Positions 18,677 to 27,532 of a stretch of DNA of 35,668 nt are shown piece after piece. Each line of letters starts with the position of its first letter. Within the stretch, counting starts at the first letter, position 1. Below the pieces are notes generated by a model that was not told the DNA's origin, made no database searches, and saw only the letters and a list, made by a program, of their open reading frames with translations. The DNA is from Candidatus Moranbacteria bacterium UBA4824 (GTDB lineage: Bacteria > Patescibacteriota > Minisyncoccia > Moranbacterales > UBA2206), in contig DHFM01000033.1 in the NCBI GenBank assembly GCA_002400405.1, positions 1 to 35,668 on the forward strand, given 5' to 3'. The translations under genes were made by a program, and so were the position numbers.

Positions 18677-18692
18677 TCCGCCAGCTGGCGGA
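18677..18692. repeat. 16-bp palindrome TCCGCCAGCTGGCGGA
   Basis: Perfect palindrome; related copy at 32979-32994 inside dnaE. Confidence 0.7.
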
Positions 18693-18803
18693 TTAGCCAC
18701 TTACATAACCATTATAGCAGACTTTTACCCTTTTGGCAAGCGCCAGAAAAAAACAACGGCGGTTTTGCGAGAGATTCGCGAAACCACCGGTAATAAATTA
18801 GAA

Positions 18804-18950
18804 TCATTCATCTCCCTCCGAATCATTTCTCAGTCCTGCTATAAAACAAGCCAAGACTACCAATGAAACAGTTACGCAGGCAATTATATATGTGCCATTG
18901 TTTTTTACCATTTCAAAAAAATGACGCCCTACAAGAAAAAGTTTCTCCAT
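18804..18950 (-). CDS. Small single-TM protein (48 aa; not in ORF track)
   Basis: AAGGAGG RBS; MEKLFLVGRHFFEMVKNNGTYIIACVTVSLVVLACFIAGLRNDSEGDE*. Confidence 0.55.
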   Translation of the reverse strand: MEKLFLVGRHFFEMVKNNGTYIIACVTVSLVVLACFIAGLRNDSEGDE

Positions 18951-18962
18951 TATTCCCTCCTT

Positions 18963-19163
18963 TTATGCTTTTAAATTATTTAATCCTTTTACTCCACTTA
19001 AAAACAAACAAATTCCCAAGAAAATAAAAAAGCCCAATACAACAACATCTTCCATTTTCATAGAATTACTTAGTATGAAAATAAAAGAAATTTTCATTAT
19101 TCCAGAAGTAACAATAGCTGAACCCATTGAAGCTTTTCCAAGATGCCAAAAAAGCTTAGCCAT
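18963..19163 (-). CDS. Small membrane protein (66 aa)
   Basis: AAAGGAGG RBS directly after the ileS stop; two hydrophobic segments. Confidence 0.65.
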   Translation of the reverse strand: MAKLFWHLGKASMGSAIVTSGIMKISFIFILSNSMKMEDVVVLGFFIFLGICLFLSGVKGLNNLKA

Positions 19164-19178
19164 TTTACGCCTCCTTTT

Positions 19179-22100
19179 TTAAATTTTCCTAATCCCAATT
19201 TCCAACTTCTCTCCATCCATCTCAAAAGTTTTCTTGAGATCAACTTCGGAAAGTTCATTGGAAGATAATATATTCTCAGCCAAGGTTTCCTTGGCGATAA
19301 GCGTATTAAATTTTTCAAGAACTAGTGATTCACCACTATAAACAATTTCAATTCGATTGTCAACTTCATAGCCGGCCGTTTTTCGCATTTCTTGCACAAA
19401 ACGAATCACCTCTCGCGCTTGGCCTTCGAGTTTTAGTTCAGGGGTGATTTCGGTATCCAAAATTATCTCCTCTTCTTGATTTTCATTTATTTTTACTTCC
19501 TTGATATTTAACTCTTCTTTTATTATATCAATAATATCTTCACTTCCTACCTTATACTTTATACTTACTACTTGAAGCGGTTGACGAACCTTGATTTTTG
19601 CCAAAGCTCTTTTTTGTAGCCCGATACTAATTATCTCTCGCGTCCTTGCCATTTCTTCGTTTAATTTATCATCAATCAATTTTTCATCGGCGATTGGGAA
19701 ATTTTGCAAGTGTACAGACGCAAAATTTTGCGTCTCTACGGCACCGGATAAATTACGATAAATCTCCTCAGAAATAAACGGCGTAAACGGCGCCATCAAT
19801 TTTGAAAGTTCAACTAACACATAATGCAATGTAGCATAAGCTTCATTTTTGTCGCCGTCATTTTCCGATTTCCAAAACCGCTTTCGACTGCGACGAATAT
19901 ACCAATTGGAAAGGTTGTCGATAAATTTCGGTATAAGCCTAACTGCGCGAGTGAGCTCATAATTTTCCATATTAATATTTACTTCCCGAATAAGCATATT
20001 CAGTTCTGAAACTATCCAACAATCTAAAAGATTATTTTTTGTAGAGACGCAAAATTTTACGTCTCCGTTTTCCGGAACAAAACCATCGATGTTTGCGTAG
20101 AGTACAAAAAAAGAATAACTATTCCAAAGCATACGAAACATCCCTCGAACAAGATCAGACAAGTCCGTTTCTTTAAAATTCAAATTCTCAGCTTGCATCA
20201 CACTTGAAGAAGTCAGATAAAATCGAAGAGCATCGGCACCATATTTTTCCAAAACATAATTTGGATCGGGATAATTTTTCAGACGTTTTGCCATTTTTTT
20301 CCCATCTTCTGCTAAAACTATTCCATTCACTACTACATTCTTGAAAGCCACTTTGTCTTTTATCCCATTGGCAATTACGTGCAAATAGTAGAACCAGCAA
20401 CGAGTCTGATCAATTCCCTCAGCAATAAATTCAGCCGGGAAACCATTCTCAAACTTATCCTGATTTTCAAATGGATAATGGATCTGGGCATATGGCATTG
20501 AACCCGAGTCAAACCAAGTGTCGAGCACATCCGGAATTCTTTTCATTTCTCCTCCGCATTTTTCACATTTAAAATTAATTTTGTCGACAATATGTTTATG
20601 AATATCGGTTATTTTTTCTCCGGATAATTTTTCTAGTTCTGCTACAGATCCGATAACTTTCAACTCTCCGCACTCACATTTCCAAATCGGCATCACAGAT
20701 GCCCAAAAACGTTGACGAGAAATTGACCAGTCTCTCGCAGATTCCAGCCAATTTCCAAAGCGACCATTTTTGATATGCGCCGGCGACCAATTTATTTCCT
20801 TAGCAGTTTCCAACATTTTTTCTTTTATTTTTTCCACGCTCACAAACCACGAAGAAGTGGCATAATTTATAAGTGGTGTTTCACATCGCCAACAATGCGG
20901 ATAGCTATGCTCATATTTTTCCTTGCTAAAAAGCAAATATTTTTTTGCTAAATATTTTATAATTTCCACATCAGTTTTTTGTGTATCACCTTCCGGCTTC
21001 ACATGAAGCCCAGCGAAATCAGTCGCTTCTGGTTTTATTATTCCATCCATTCCAACATGCTGAATAAAGGGCAAATTTTCTTTCTTGCCGAGATTCATAT
21101 CGTCTTCTCCAAAAGCTGGCGCAATATGCACAATTCCAGTTCCATCTTCTGTAGTTACAAAATCACCAGCATAAATTTTCCAACCTTTCTCATGATTTTC
21201 AAGTTTTTCGTCTTTTGAATAATAATCAAAAAGAGGTTTATATGATTTTCCAACCAAATCAGAACCCTTCATATTTTCAATAATTTCATACTCTTTATCT
21301 TTAAAAATCTCTTCTAATCTATTTTTGGCTAAGATATAAAAATAATTGTCATGCCGAACTTGCCTGCCTCGCCGGCGGGCGGGTTTCGGCATCTCATCAG
21401 ATCCTGAAATAAATTCAGGATGACACACTACTTTTATCTTTACATATTCAATATCATTTCCAACCGCCAAAGCGACATTACCAATCAATGTCCATGGCGT
21501 TGTTGTCCAAGCTAAAACGAAAGTATTAGGCTCATCGATTAATTCAAATTTAGCAATCACTGATAAATCCTTCACGTCTTTATATCCTTCGGCTATTTCT
21601 GATTGCGACAAAGTTGTTTCACAGCGAGGACAAATATGCATTGACCGATAGCCTTCATAAATCAATCCTTTGTCATAAAGCTCCTTGAAAACCCACCAAA
21701 TAGATTCCATATAGGATAGATCCATTGTTTTGTAAGCATTTTTCATGTCCGCCCAACGGCCAAAGCGCTTTACTGTTTTTTCCCATTCTGAAACATAGGT
21801 AAGAACTTTCGATCGACAAAGATCATTAAATTTATCCACGCCCAAAATCTCAATTTCTTTTTTTGTTTTTGATCCCAATTCTTTTTCAACAATATTTTCG
21901 ATTGGTAATCCATGACAATCCCAGCCCCACTTCCGCGGGACATATTTACCTTTCATAGTCCAAAAGCGCGGAACAATATCTTTCATTGCACTGCCAACTA
22001 AATGACCATAATGTGGAGTACCAGTTGCGAATGGCGGTCCATCATAAAAAGTATACAGCGGCCTGCCCGCATCGCTATGCGAAGCATTGCAGGCGGGACA

Positions 22101-22214
22101 GTCCGCTCTATTTTCAAGAGATTTTTCAAATATTTCATTCTCTTCCCAAAATTTCAAAATTTCTTCTTCCATCTTAGGAAATGATTGCTTCACCTCAACT
22201 TTTTTAAATGCCAT
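19179..22214 (-). CDS. ileS: Isoleucine--tRNA ligase, type 2
   Basis: DGPPFATGTPHYGH, WGWDCHGLP, AWTTTPWTL, DWSISRQRFW, EGIDQTR.WFY, KMAKR; Ile T-box upstream. Confidence 0.97.
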   Translation of the reverse strand: MAFKKVEVKQSFPKMEEEILKFWEENEIFEKSLENRADCPACNASHSDAGRPLYTFYDGPPFATGTPHYGHLVGSAMKDIVPRFWTMKGKYVPRKWGWDCHGLPIENIVEKELGSKTKKEIEILGVDKFNDLCRSKVLTYVSEWEKTVKRFGRWADMKNAYKTMDLSYMESIWWVFKELYDKGLIYEGYRSMHICPRCETTLSQSEIAEGYKDVKDLSVIAKFELIDEPNTFVLAWTTTPWTLIGNVALAVGNDIEYVKIKVVCHPEFISGSDEMPKPARRRGRQVRHDNYFYILAKNRLEEIFKDKEYEIIENMKGSDLVGKSYKPLFDYYSKDEKLENHEKGWKIYAGDFVTTEDGTGIVHIAPAFGEDDMNLGKKENLPFIQHVGMDGIIKPEATDFAGLHVKPEGDTQKTDVEIIKYLAKKYLLFSKEKYEHSYPHCWRCETPLINYATSSWFVSVEKIKEKMLETAKEINWSPAHIKNGRFGNWLESARDWSISRQRFWASVMPIWKCECGELKVIGSVAELEKLSGEKITDIHKHIVDKINFKCEKCGGEMKRIPDVLDTWFDSGSMPYAQIHYPFENQDKFENGFPAEFIAEGIDQTRCWFYYLHVIANGIKDKVAFKNVVVNGIVLAEDGKKMAKRLKNYPDPNYVLEKYGADALRFYLTSSSVMQAENLNFKETDLSDLVRGMFRMLWNSYSFFVLYANIDGFVPENGDVKFCVSTKNNLLDCWIVSELNMLIREVNINMENYELTRAVRLIPKFIDNLSNWYIRRSRKRFWKSENDGDKNEAYATLHYVLVELSKLMAPFTPFISEEIYRNLSGAVETQNFASVHLQNFPIADEKLIDDKLNEEMARTREIISIGLQKRALAKIKVRQPLQVVSIKYKVGSEDIIDIIKEELNIKEVKINENQEEEIILDTEITPELKLEGQAREVIRFVQEMRKTAGYEVDNRIEIVYSGESLVLEKFNTLIAKETLAENILSSNELSEVDLKKTFEMDGEKLEIGIRKI
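19541..19575. repeat. TACTT(N2) heptamer tandem inside ileS
   Basis: CACTTCC TACCTTA TACTTTA TACTTAC TACTTGA, translated VVSIKYKVGS. Confidence 0.6.
19712..19739. repeat. GTAG-type REP inside ileS
   Basis: GTACAGACGCAAAATTTTGCGTCTCTAC, translated VETQNFASV. Confidence 0.9.
20041..20068. repeat. GTAG-type REP inside ileS, different reading frame
   Basis: GTAGAGACGCAAAATTTTACGTCTCCGT, translated GDVKFCVST. Confidence 0.85.
21347..21425. repeat. Doublet of TGTCAT-tagged palindromes with a nested 21-nt element, in-frame in ileS
   Basis: TGTCATGCCGAACTTG[CCTGCCTCGCCGGCGGGCGGG]TTTCGGCATCT and AGATCCTGAAATAAATTCAGGATGACA. Confidence 0.9.
22062..22097. repeat. 36-nt CCTGCC...GGCGGG element in-frame in ileS
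   Basis: CCTGCCCGCATCGCTATGCGAAGCATTGCAGGCGGG, translated PACNASHSDAGR; GC-rich island in an AT-rich gene. Confidence 0.8.
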
Positions 22215-22235
22215 AATATTTTATCGTTATATAAA

Positions 22236-22649
22236 TTAAATTGTTTCTAAAAATTTTTCCATAGTTTCATATCTTTCTTTGAATATCAAATATAGGCTTT
22301 CTGGTTTTTCGACTTTGCCAATCAAAATTAATGGCTTTCCGAGTCCATAAGCGATACCGGCTTCAATATGCACCGAATTGCCAGCCGGCAAAAGCACAAT
22401 AACTTTCTGGGCATTTTTCAAACCATCCAAATCTTTCTCAAAAATTTCTTTGAAATATTCATCGTTGTAAAAATTCTCGACTGCTTCAAAAGCTTTCATT
22501 TGTTCTTCCGGATGCGCCTCTGGATTATTTTTGTCAGCAGGTTTTTCACAAAAATTGTAACAAGTTTTTCCTTTTTCTTGCAATTTTCTTACTAGCATTT
22601 CACACTGCTCTTTATTTCTAAATTTTGAAAGTATCGTATAATCAGTCAT
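22236..22649 (-). CDS. Nucleoside 2-deoxyribosyltransferase-like protein
   Basis: FEKDLDGL..AQKVIVLLPAGNSVHIEAGIAYGLGKP motif. Confidence 0.75.
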   Translation of the reverse strand: MTDYTILSKFRNKEQCEMLVRKLQEKGKTCYNFCEKPADKNNPEAHPEEQMKAFEAVENFYNDEYFKEIFEKDLDGLKNAQKVIVLLPAGNSVHIEAGIAYGLGKPLILIGKVEKPESLYLIFKERYETMEKFLETI

Positions 22650-22675
22650 AGTTTTAAAATTATTTTTATATAAAT

Positions 22676-22886
22676 TAAAAAATCCTTACGCAAAAAAATG
22701 CATAAGGACGACTGTCCCGCCTTCTCTGTCAATCTGACAGATTCGGCGTGGCAAAGCGTGGTACCACCTTAATTCTCATGTTTCATGACTTATTACAGCT
22801 ATCACGGGCCTACCCGGTGAAGTCTACTTTTCGCCGATAAGGCGAGTTTCTTTTCACAGCTCCGGAGTGATCTCTCCATCAAAGCC
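22676..22886 (-). promoter_or_regulatory. T-box riboswitch (Ile) with ultra-short Stem I and intrinsic terminator
   Basis: T-box AAGGTGGTACCACG (22770-22757); Stem I GCTTTGATGGAG-AGATCA-CTCCGGAGC with AUC at 22871-22869; Stem II with GAA/AGTA; terminator TCCTTATGCA...TGCGTAAGGA followed by T run. Confidence 0.9.
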
Positions 22887-22926
22887 TTTTCTATATAATA
22901 ATGTATTTTATCAAAAATGCAATGGG

Positions 22927-23409
22927 TTATCTTCTTCCAAAAAGATTTTTATTATTCGAATAAAATTCCCAGCCAATCATAATCTCTCGCTCAATACTAG
23001 AAATAAAATCTATTTCAGAAAGATTGTTAATCGATTGCCATCGCCATTCGCTATGTTCTTTTTCGTCAATTACGGGATTTTTTCCGTTAACATAAGAATG
23101 CCAGAAACAAACAAATTTCATTCCCGGAATTTTTTTCTGTTCCAGCTCTGGCGTCTTGATTTCATAAGTTCCAAAAACTAGAACTCGGTCGATAACAATT
23201 CCTAACTCTTCTTTCATTTGCCGATTTATCGCTTCTTCAAAATTTTCTCCAACATAAACCTGTCCTCCACCACACTCCCATTTGCCTGGATACAATTTTC
23301 TACTATCTTGCCTTTTCACAATCAAAACTTCGATATCATTTTCTGTTTCTCGAAAACATATTCCCGCGACATGTACTTCTATTTTGTGTTGTTGTTGCTC
23401 TCTGGACAT
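22927..23409 (-). CDS. NUDIX hydrolase
   Basis: PGKWECGGGQVYVGENFEEAINRQMKEELG (Nudix box with RE changed to RQ), EHSEWRW. Confidence 0.88.
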   Translation of the reverse strand: MSREQQQHKIEVHVAGICFRETENDIEVLIVKRQDSRKLYPGKWECGGGQVYVGENFEEAINRQMKEELGIVIDRVLVFGTYEIKTPELEQKKIPGMKFVCFWHSYVNGKNPVIDEKEHSEWRWQSINNLSEIDFISSIEREIMIGWEFYSNNKNLFGRR

Positions 23410-23502
23410 TATTTCTTTTCAAAACTTTTATTCACCCCCACACCTATTCTGCATTATCTAAAAAATCCGAATTTATAAAAGAGAGTGTATTTTAAATTTA
23501 AA

Positions 23503-24684
23503 TTATTTTTTATTCTGATTATAGGTGTGGAGGTATACTTCCAAAGTCTCCCGCGCACATTTTTCCCAGTTGAATTTTTCCACTTGTTTCTTGCCTTTTT
23601 CACGAAAGTCATTTTTGAGATTTTCGTCTGTGGCAAATTTCACCATCGCCTCAGCTAACTTTTCGGTGTCAATCGGATCAATCTGATAGGCCGCGTCTCC
23701 GGCCACTTCCGGAATGGACGAAACATTTGAAACAATCGCTGGCGTACCAGTTGCAAAAGCTTCAAGCACCGTCATGCCAAAACCTTCATAGAGTGATGGC
23801 ATCACAAAGAAATCAGAATTTTTGAAAAGTGGCACTAGCTCATCGCCGACTACATAACCAGTAAAAATGACATCACTAGAAATTCCAAGATCTTTCACAA
23901 TTTGCTTATACTCCTGTGCCAACCAACCGTTTTTTCCGGCGAGAATAAGTTTGTGCTCACACTTGCCTTGGGTTTTCTGACATCTTTCTTTGAAAATTTT
24001 GAAAGCTTCTAAAAGTCGAGTGATATTTTTGATCGGTTCGATTGTGCCGAGAAACAGAATATATTTTTTGTCATTTGGAATTCCATATTTTTCCAAAACT
24101 TTTTCGCGAGTTAGCTTTGACTCCTCAAAAAGTCGCTTGTCAAAACCAACATTAATCACTTTGATTTTTTCGGCTGGATATTTGAAAATATTTTCAATGT
24201 CTTTTTTTGTCGACTCAGAGACCGCAATTATTTTGTCAGCCTTGCTCACCATCAGACTCATCACGGCTCGCGCTTTAGTGCTTTTTAGTTTTGGAAAAAC
24301 ATCCGGCACTTTGTAGACTGCCAAATCATGCGCCGTGACAATAGTTTTTCCTCGATATCCCACCGGAATTCGACTCATTGGAGAGGTGGAATGAACCACG
24401 TCCAAATTTTCTTTCATAAGAGTTGCTGTGCCCAAAATTTCATTATATGCTCCCGGCAAATATTTTTTATAATCCGAAAAAGGATAGAATTTTATCTTCA
24501 CATTCGCCTGCGCAAATTTTTTCACATCCTTTTCTCGCACCCGAAAATCAAAAAACAAAACATATTCATTTTCCTTGTCGATTTCCAAAATATGGCGAAT
24601 AAGTTGATAGGTATAGTGCCCCACCCCAATCGCTTCACCCTTCTCTGGATTCAAAATTGTGCGCGCGTCAATTCCGATCTTCAT
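23503..24684 (-). CDS. Glycosyltransferase family 4
   Basis: MKIGIDAR, TAHDL, AVSESTK.D, GTIEP.KN, PSLYEGFG..VLEA. Confidence 0.93.
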   Translation of the reverse strand: MKIGIDARTILNPEKGEAIGVGHYTYQLIRHILEIDKENEYVLFFDFRVREKDVKKFAQANVKIKFYPFSDYKKYLPGAYNEILGTATLMKENLDVVHSTSPMSRIPVGYRGKTIVTAHDLAVYKVPDVFPKLKSTKARAVMSLMVSKADKIIAVSESTKKDIENIFKYPAEKIKVINVGFDKRLFEESKLTREKVLEKYGIPNDKKYILFLGTIEPIKNITRLLEAFKIFKERCQKTQGKCEHKLILAGKNGWLAQEYKQIVKDLGISSDVIFTGYVVGDELVPLFKNSDFFVMPSLYEGFGMTVLEAFATGTPAIVSNVSSIPEVAGDAAYQIDPIDTEKLAEAMVKFATDENLKNDFREKGKKQVEKFNWEKCARETLEVYLHTYNQNKK

Positions 24685-24720
24685 AATTTTGTTTTAGTTA
24701 ATTAATTTAGCCTTTTTTCT

Positions 24721-24797
24721 TTACTAATTACTAATCAATTACTAATATACTAATTTTTTATTATTGGTATATTCGTACAAAATTCGTAATTCGTAAA
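24721..24797. repeat. ACTAAT/ATTCGT-unit inverted element
   Basis: TTACTAATTACTAAT...ATTCGTACAAAATTCGTAATTCGTAA. Confidence 0.6.
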
Positions 24798-24811
24798 GAC
24801 TAACTTTCCAA

Positions 24812-26434
24812 TCACATCCAATCTGGTGAATTTACACCTAACAATCTTAGCACTTCTGCTAATACTATTCTAACAGCATTTATGAGGTTTAGTCTAGCGC
24901 CAGTTAGCTCTAGATTCTCGTCATCTAGTACCTTACAATCATTATAGAAACAGTGGAATTTATCCGCTAGTTTTATAGCATAATAGGGCAATTTATGCAC
25001 TTCATAACTTTGCGAAATTTCTTCAATGATCTGCGGAAATTTATTGAGTTCGCGAATCAAACTCAATTCTTTTTCGTGAGTTAATAATTTTAAATCCACA
25101 TTGTTCCTCCTCTCCCTCTGGGAGAGGATGTCCGGTACTCCGGACAGGAGAGGGTTCTCACTGGACTTTCGTAATATACTACAAATTCTAGCGTGCGCAT
25201 ATTGCACATAATACACCGGATTCTTCTCAGATCTTTCTTTGGCTAAATCAAGATCAAAAGTCATATGAGTATTAGCGTCATACATCAAAAAGAAAAACCG
25301 GACGGAATCCAAGCCAACATCTTCTATAAGTTCATCCATATACACAACATTTCCAGCACGCTTGCTCATTCGAGCTTCCTTGCCATTCTTCACAAGACGC
25401 ACCAGTTGCACAATCACAAATCTAATTTCACCTTTGAATCCAAGAGCCTGCGCTGCCGCACGAAATCTTGAGATATAACCATGGTGATCAGCACCCCAAA
25501 CTTCAATTATTTTTTCAAATTTTCTCTCTATTTTATTTAAGATATAACCACAATCCGAGGCAAAATATGTTTTTTGTCCGTCTTTTTTGATGAGCACTCG
25601 ATCCTTGTCATCGCCAAATTTTGTCGTCTCAAGCCACAAGGCTCCATCTTTCTCAAAAGTTAATTTTTTCTGGCTTAGTTTTTCAATCGCCTTTTCAACA
25701 TATCCACTATCAACTAAATCTTTTTTTTCTGAAATCCAACTATCAAAATTAATTTTCATTTTTTCCGCAACTGTTTTCTTGATAATTTCATCTAGCACAA
25801 TTTTAGCCGATTTTTCTCCAATTTCTTTGATATCTTTTATCTTTGCAAACTTTTTATTCAACTCATCAATATATTCTCCAGAATATGCCGCCTCTTCATC
25901 TTTCAAAACACTATGCCCCAACTTGAGAAGTTGCTCTCCGGCATCATTCACATAATATTCATTTGTATTTTCATAACCAGCTTTTTCCAAAACTTTTCCA
26001 ATCACATCTCCAAAAAATCCTCCTCGGCCATTACCAAGATGAAGCGGTCCAGTCGGGTTGGCAGAAATAAATTCATTGTTAACTTTTATTCCATTCCCAA
26101 TTTTACTTTCACCAAATTTATTTTCTTTTTCATTTATCTCCCGAACCGTATCTTGCAAATATTCTTTGGATAAATAGAAATTTATATACCCCGGTTTCAC
26201 AATTTCTATTTTTTCAAAAATTTCTTTCCTAAAGCTTCGCTTTAGGATTTGATTCTTTAGATTATCAGCTATCTCAATTGGGTTTTTTTTAAGCGTTCGC
26301 GCCAAAACCATCGCCGTATTAGTCGTATAATCGCCAAAAGTTTCAACTTTTGGATAGTCAACTTCAACCTCGCCTATTTCATAATCAAGATCTTTTATGG
26401 CTTTTTCTATAATTTTTTGAATTTCTTGTTTCAT
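24812..26434 (-). CDS. argS: Arginine--tRNA ligase
   Basis: EFISANPTGPLHLGNGRG, WGADHHGY, MSKRAG, NPVYYVQYAHARICSI. Confidence 0.97.
   Translation of the reverse strand: MKQEIQKIIEKAIKDLDYEIGEVEVDYPKVETFGDYTTNTAMVLARTLKKNPIEIADNLKNQILKRSFRKEIFEKIEIVKPGYINFYLSKEYLQDTVREINEKENKFGESKIGNGIKVNNEFISANPTGPLHLGNGRGGFFGDVIGKVLEKAGYENTNEYYVNDAGEQLLKLGHSVLKDEEAAYSGEYIDELNKKFAKIKDIKEIGEKSAKIVLDEIIKKTVAEKMKINFDSWISEKKDLVDSGYVEKAIEKLSQKKLTFEKDGALWLETTKFGDDKDRVLIKKDGQKTYFASDCGYILNKIERKFEKIIEVWGADHHGYISRFRAAAQALGFKGEIRFVIVQLVRLVKNGKEARMSKRAGNVVYMDELIEDVGLDSVRFFFLMYDANTHMTFDLDLAKERSEKNPVYYVQYAHARICSILRKSSENPLLSGVPDILSQRERRNNVDLKLLTHEKELSLIRELNKFPQIIEEISQSYEVHKLPYYAIKLADKFHCFYNDCKVLDDENLELTGARLNLINAVRIVLAEVLRLLGVNSPDWM
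25106..25154. repeat. CCTCTCCC-N3-GGGAGAGG double-hairpin element in-frame in argS
   Basis: CCTCTCCCTCTGGGAGAGG (25109-25127), TGTCCGGTACTCCGGACA (25129-25146), GGAGAGGG; translated PLLSGVPDILSQRERR. Confidence 0.8.
26225..26247. repeat. TCCTAAAGCTTCGCTTTAGGA palindrome in-frame in argS
   Basis: Identical to intergenic 493-515; translated ILKRSFRK. Confidence 0.8.
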
Positions 26435-26470
26435 ACCTTCATATTATCTCAAATACTAACTAAAATCAAC

Positions 26471-26537
26471 TTAGACCATGCATTTTCTAACCGGTCGGAA
26501 ACTTTTGCGGTGGATTTCCAGGGGCCGTGTTTTTTGA
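26471..26537 (-). repeat. Displaced duplicate of the rnhB 3' end
   Basis: Matches 27533-27600 with 5 synonymous substitutions and a 1-nt deletion. Confidence 0.95.
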
Positions 26538-26550
26538 ACATATCAATTTT

Positions 26551-27474
26551 TTATTTTCTATTCACAATATCAAAACCATCTGCTACCGCATCGCAGATAA
26601 AATTTTCCAGTTGAGTGAAATCATTTTTGAGTTGCGCTGAGCGAAGATAGGTATAATATAATCGTTTGTTTTCTTGTTTTATCACCGCCGGAGCAATATT
26701 ACTTTTTAGAAGCATCGCTGTCAAAATCAACCTTCCAATTCGTCCGTTGCCATCAGAAAATGGATGAATTTGTTCAAATCGAGCGTGAATATTGGAAGCA
26801 TGACCAATTATGTCCTTTGGTTTTTTATTCAAATCCGCAAAAAAAAATTTCATTAATTTCGGAACCTTGAGATAATTGGCCGTTGGCACGTTCGTTCCAA
26901 CGATTCGCACTCCGTGATGGCGATAAAAACCAGCGTCGTCTCTGATTCCATTCATTAGAATACTATGTAATTTCAAGACTAATTCTTCGTTGATTTTTTT
27001 TATATCTTCCAATTGTCGAAAAAGATATTTCAAAGCCGTTTGATGATTTTTAACTTCGAACTGTTCCACTAAACTCTTGTCCGGTATCATTCTGTTGTTA
27101 AACATAATGTCAGCAGTTTCATCCTCCGACAAGGTTGACCCTTCTATTTTATTAGAGTTATAAGTAAGGGAAAGCATAAACTGATCGCGAATATCTGGAT
27201 TTTTCAAAATAATTTCCCGGATATTTTTATGCCTGCTAGCTTCTTTGACAATCAATTCTTTTTTGGCCAACAGAACAGTTTCGGGAATTGTTTTTTGCCC
27301 GCTATATTCAAGATACATTGCGTCAATGGCCATTTCCTGCTTTTTTCTCGGCTGGGATTTTCCGGTCCACCAATTATTAAGTGCCACAAAAGAAACGCCT
27401 ATTTTAGCCGCCATTTTTGTCTGGGTGAGATCCGACAAATCTTGGATGATTTTTAGCTTATCTTTCGTATTCAT
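26551..27474 (-). CDS. HTH-Fic family protein
   Basis: N-terminal XRE-like HTH (LTQTKMAAKIGVSFVALNNW), YNSNKIEGSTL, Fic motif HPFSDGNGRIGR. Confidence 0.93.
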   Translation of the reverse strand: MNTKDKLKIIQDLSDLTQTKMAAKIGVSFVALNNWWTGKSQPRKKQEMAIDAMYLEYSGQKTIPETVLLAKKELIVKEASRHKNIREIILKNPDIRDQFMLSLTYNSNKIEGSTLSEDETADIMFNNRMIPDKSLVEQFEVKNHQTALKYLFRQLEDIKKINEELVLKLHSILMNGIRDDAGFYRHHGVRIVGTNVPTANYLKVPKLMKFFFADLNKKPKDIIGHASNIHARFEQIHPFSDGNGRIGRLILTAMLLKSNIAPAVIKQENKRLYYTYLRSAQLKNDFTQLENFICDAVADGFDIVNRK

Positions 27475-27480
27475 AAAGCT

Positions 27481-27532
27481 ATTATACTAAACTTTATAAA
27501 GTTTGTCAATATTTTAAGTTTTTATAAAGTTT
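27481..27532 (-). promoter_or_regulatory. Consensus sigma70 promoter with operator palindromes for the fic gene
   Basis: TTGACA (27509-27504), 17 bp, TATAAT (27486-27481), ATG 6 nt later; perfect palindrome AAACTTTATAAAGTTT 27489-27504, second 13/16 copy 27517-27532. Confidence 0.85.

Noticed and set aside
6372-26434. Alternative genetic code (TGA = Gly)
   Set aside because: recO and argS end in TGA at expected lengths and long genes have no internal TGA
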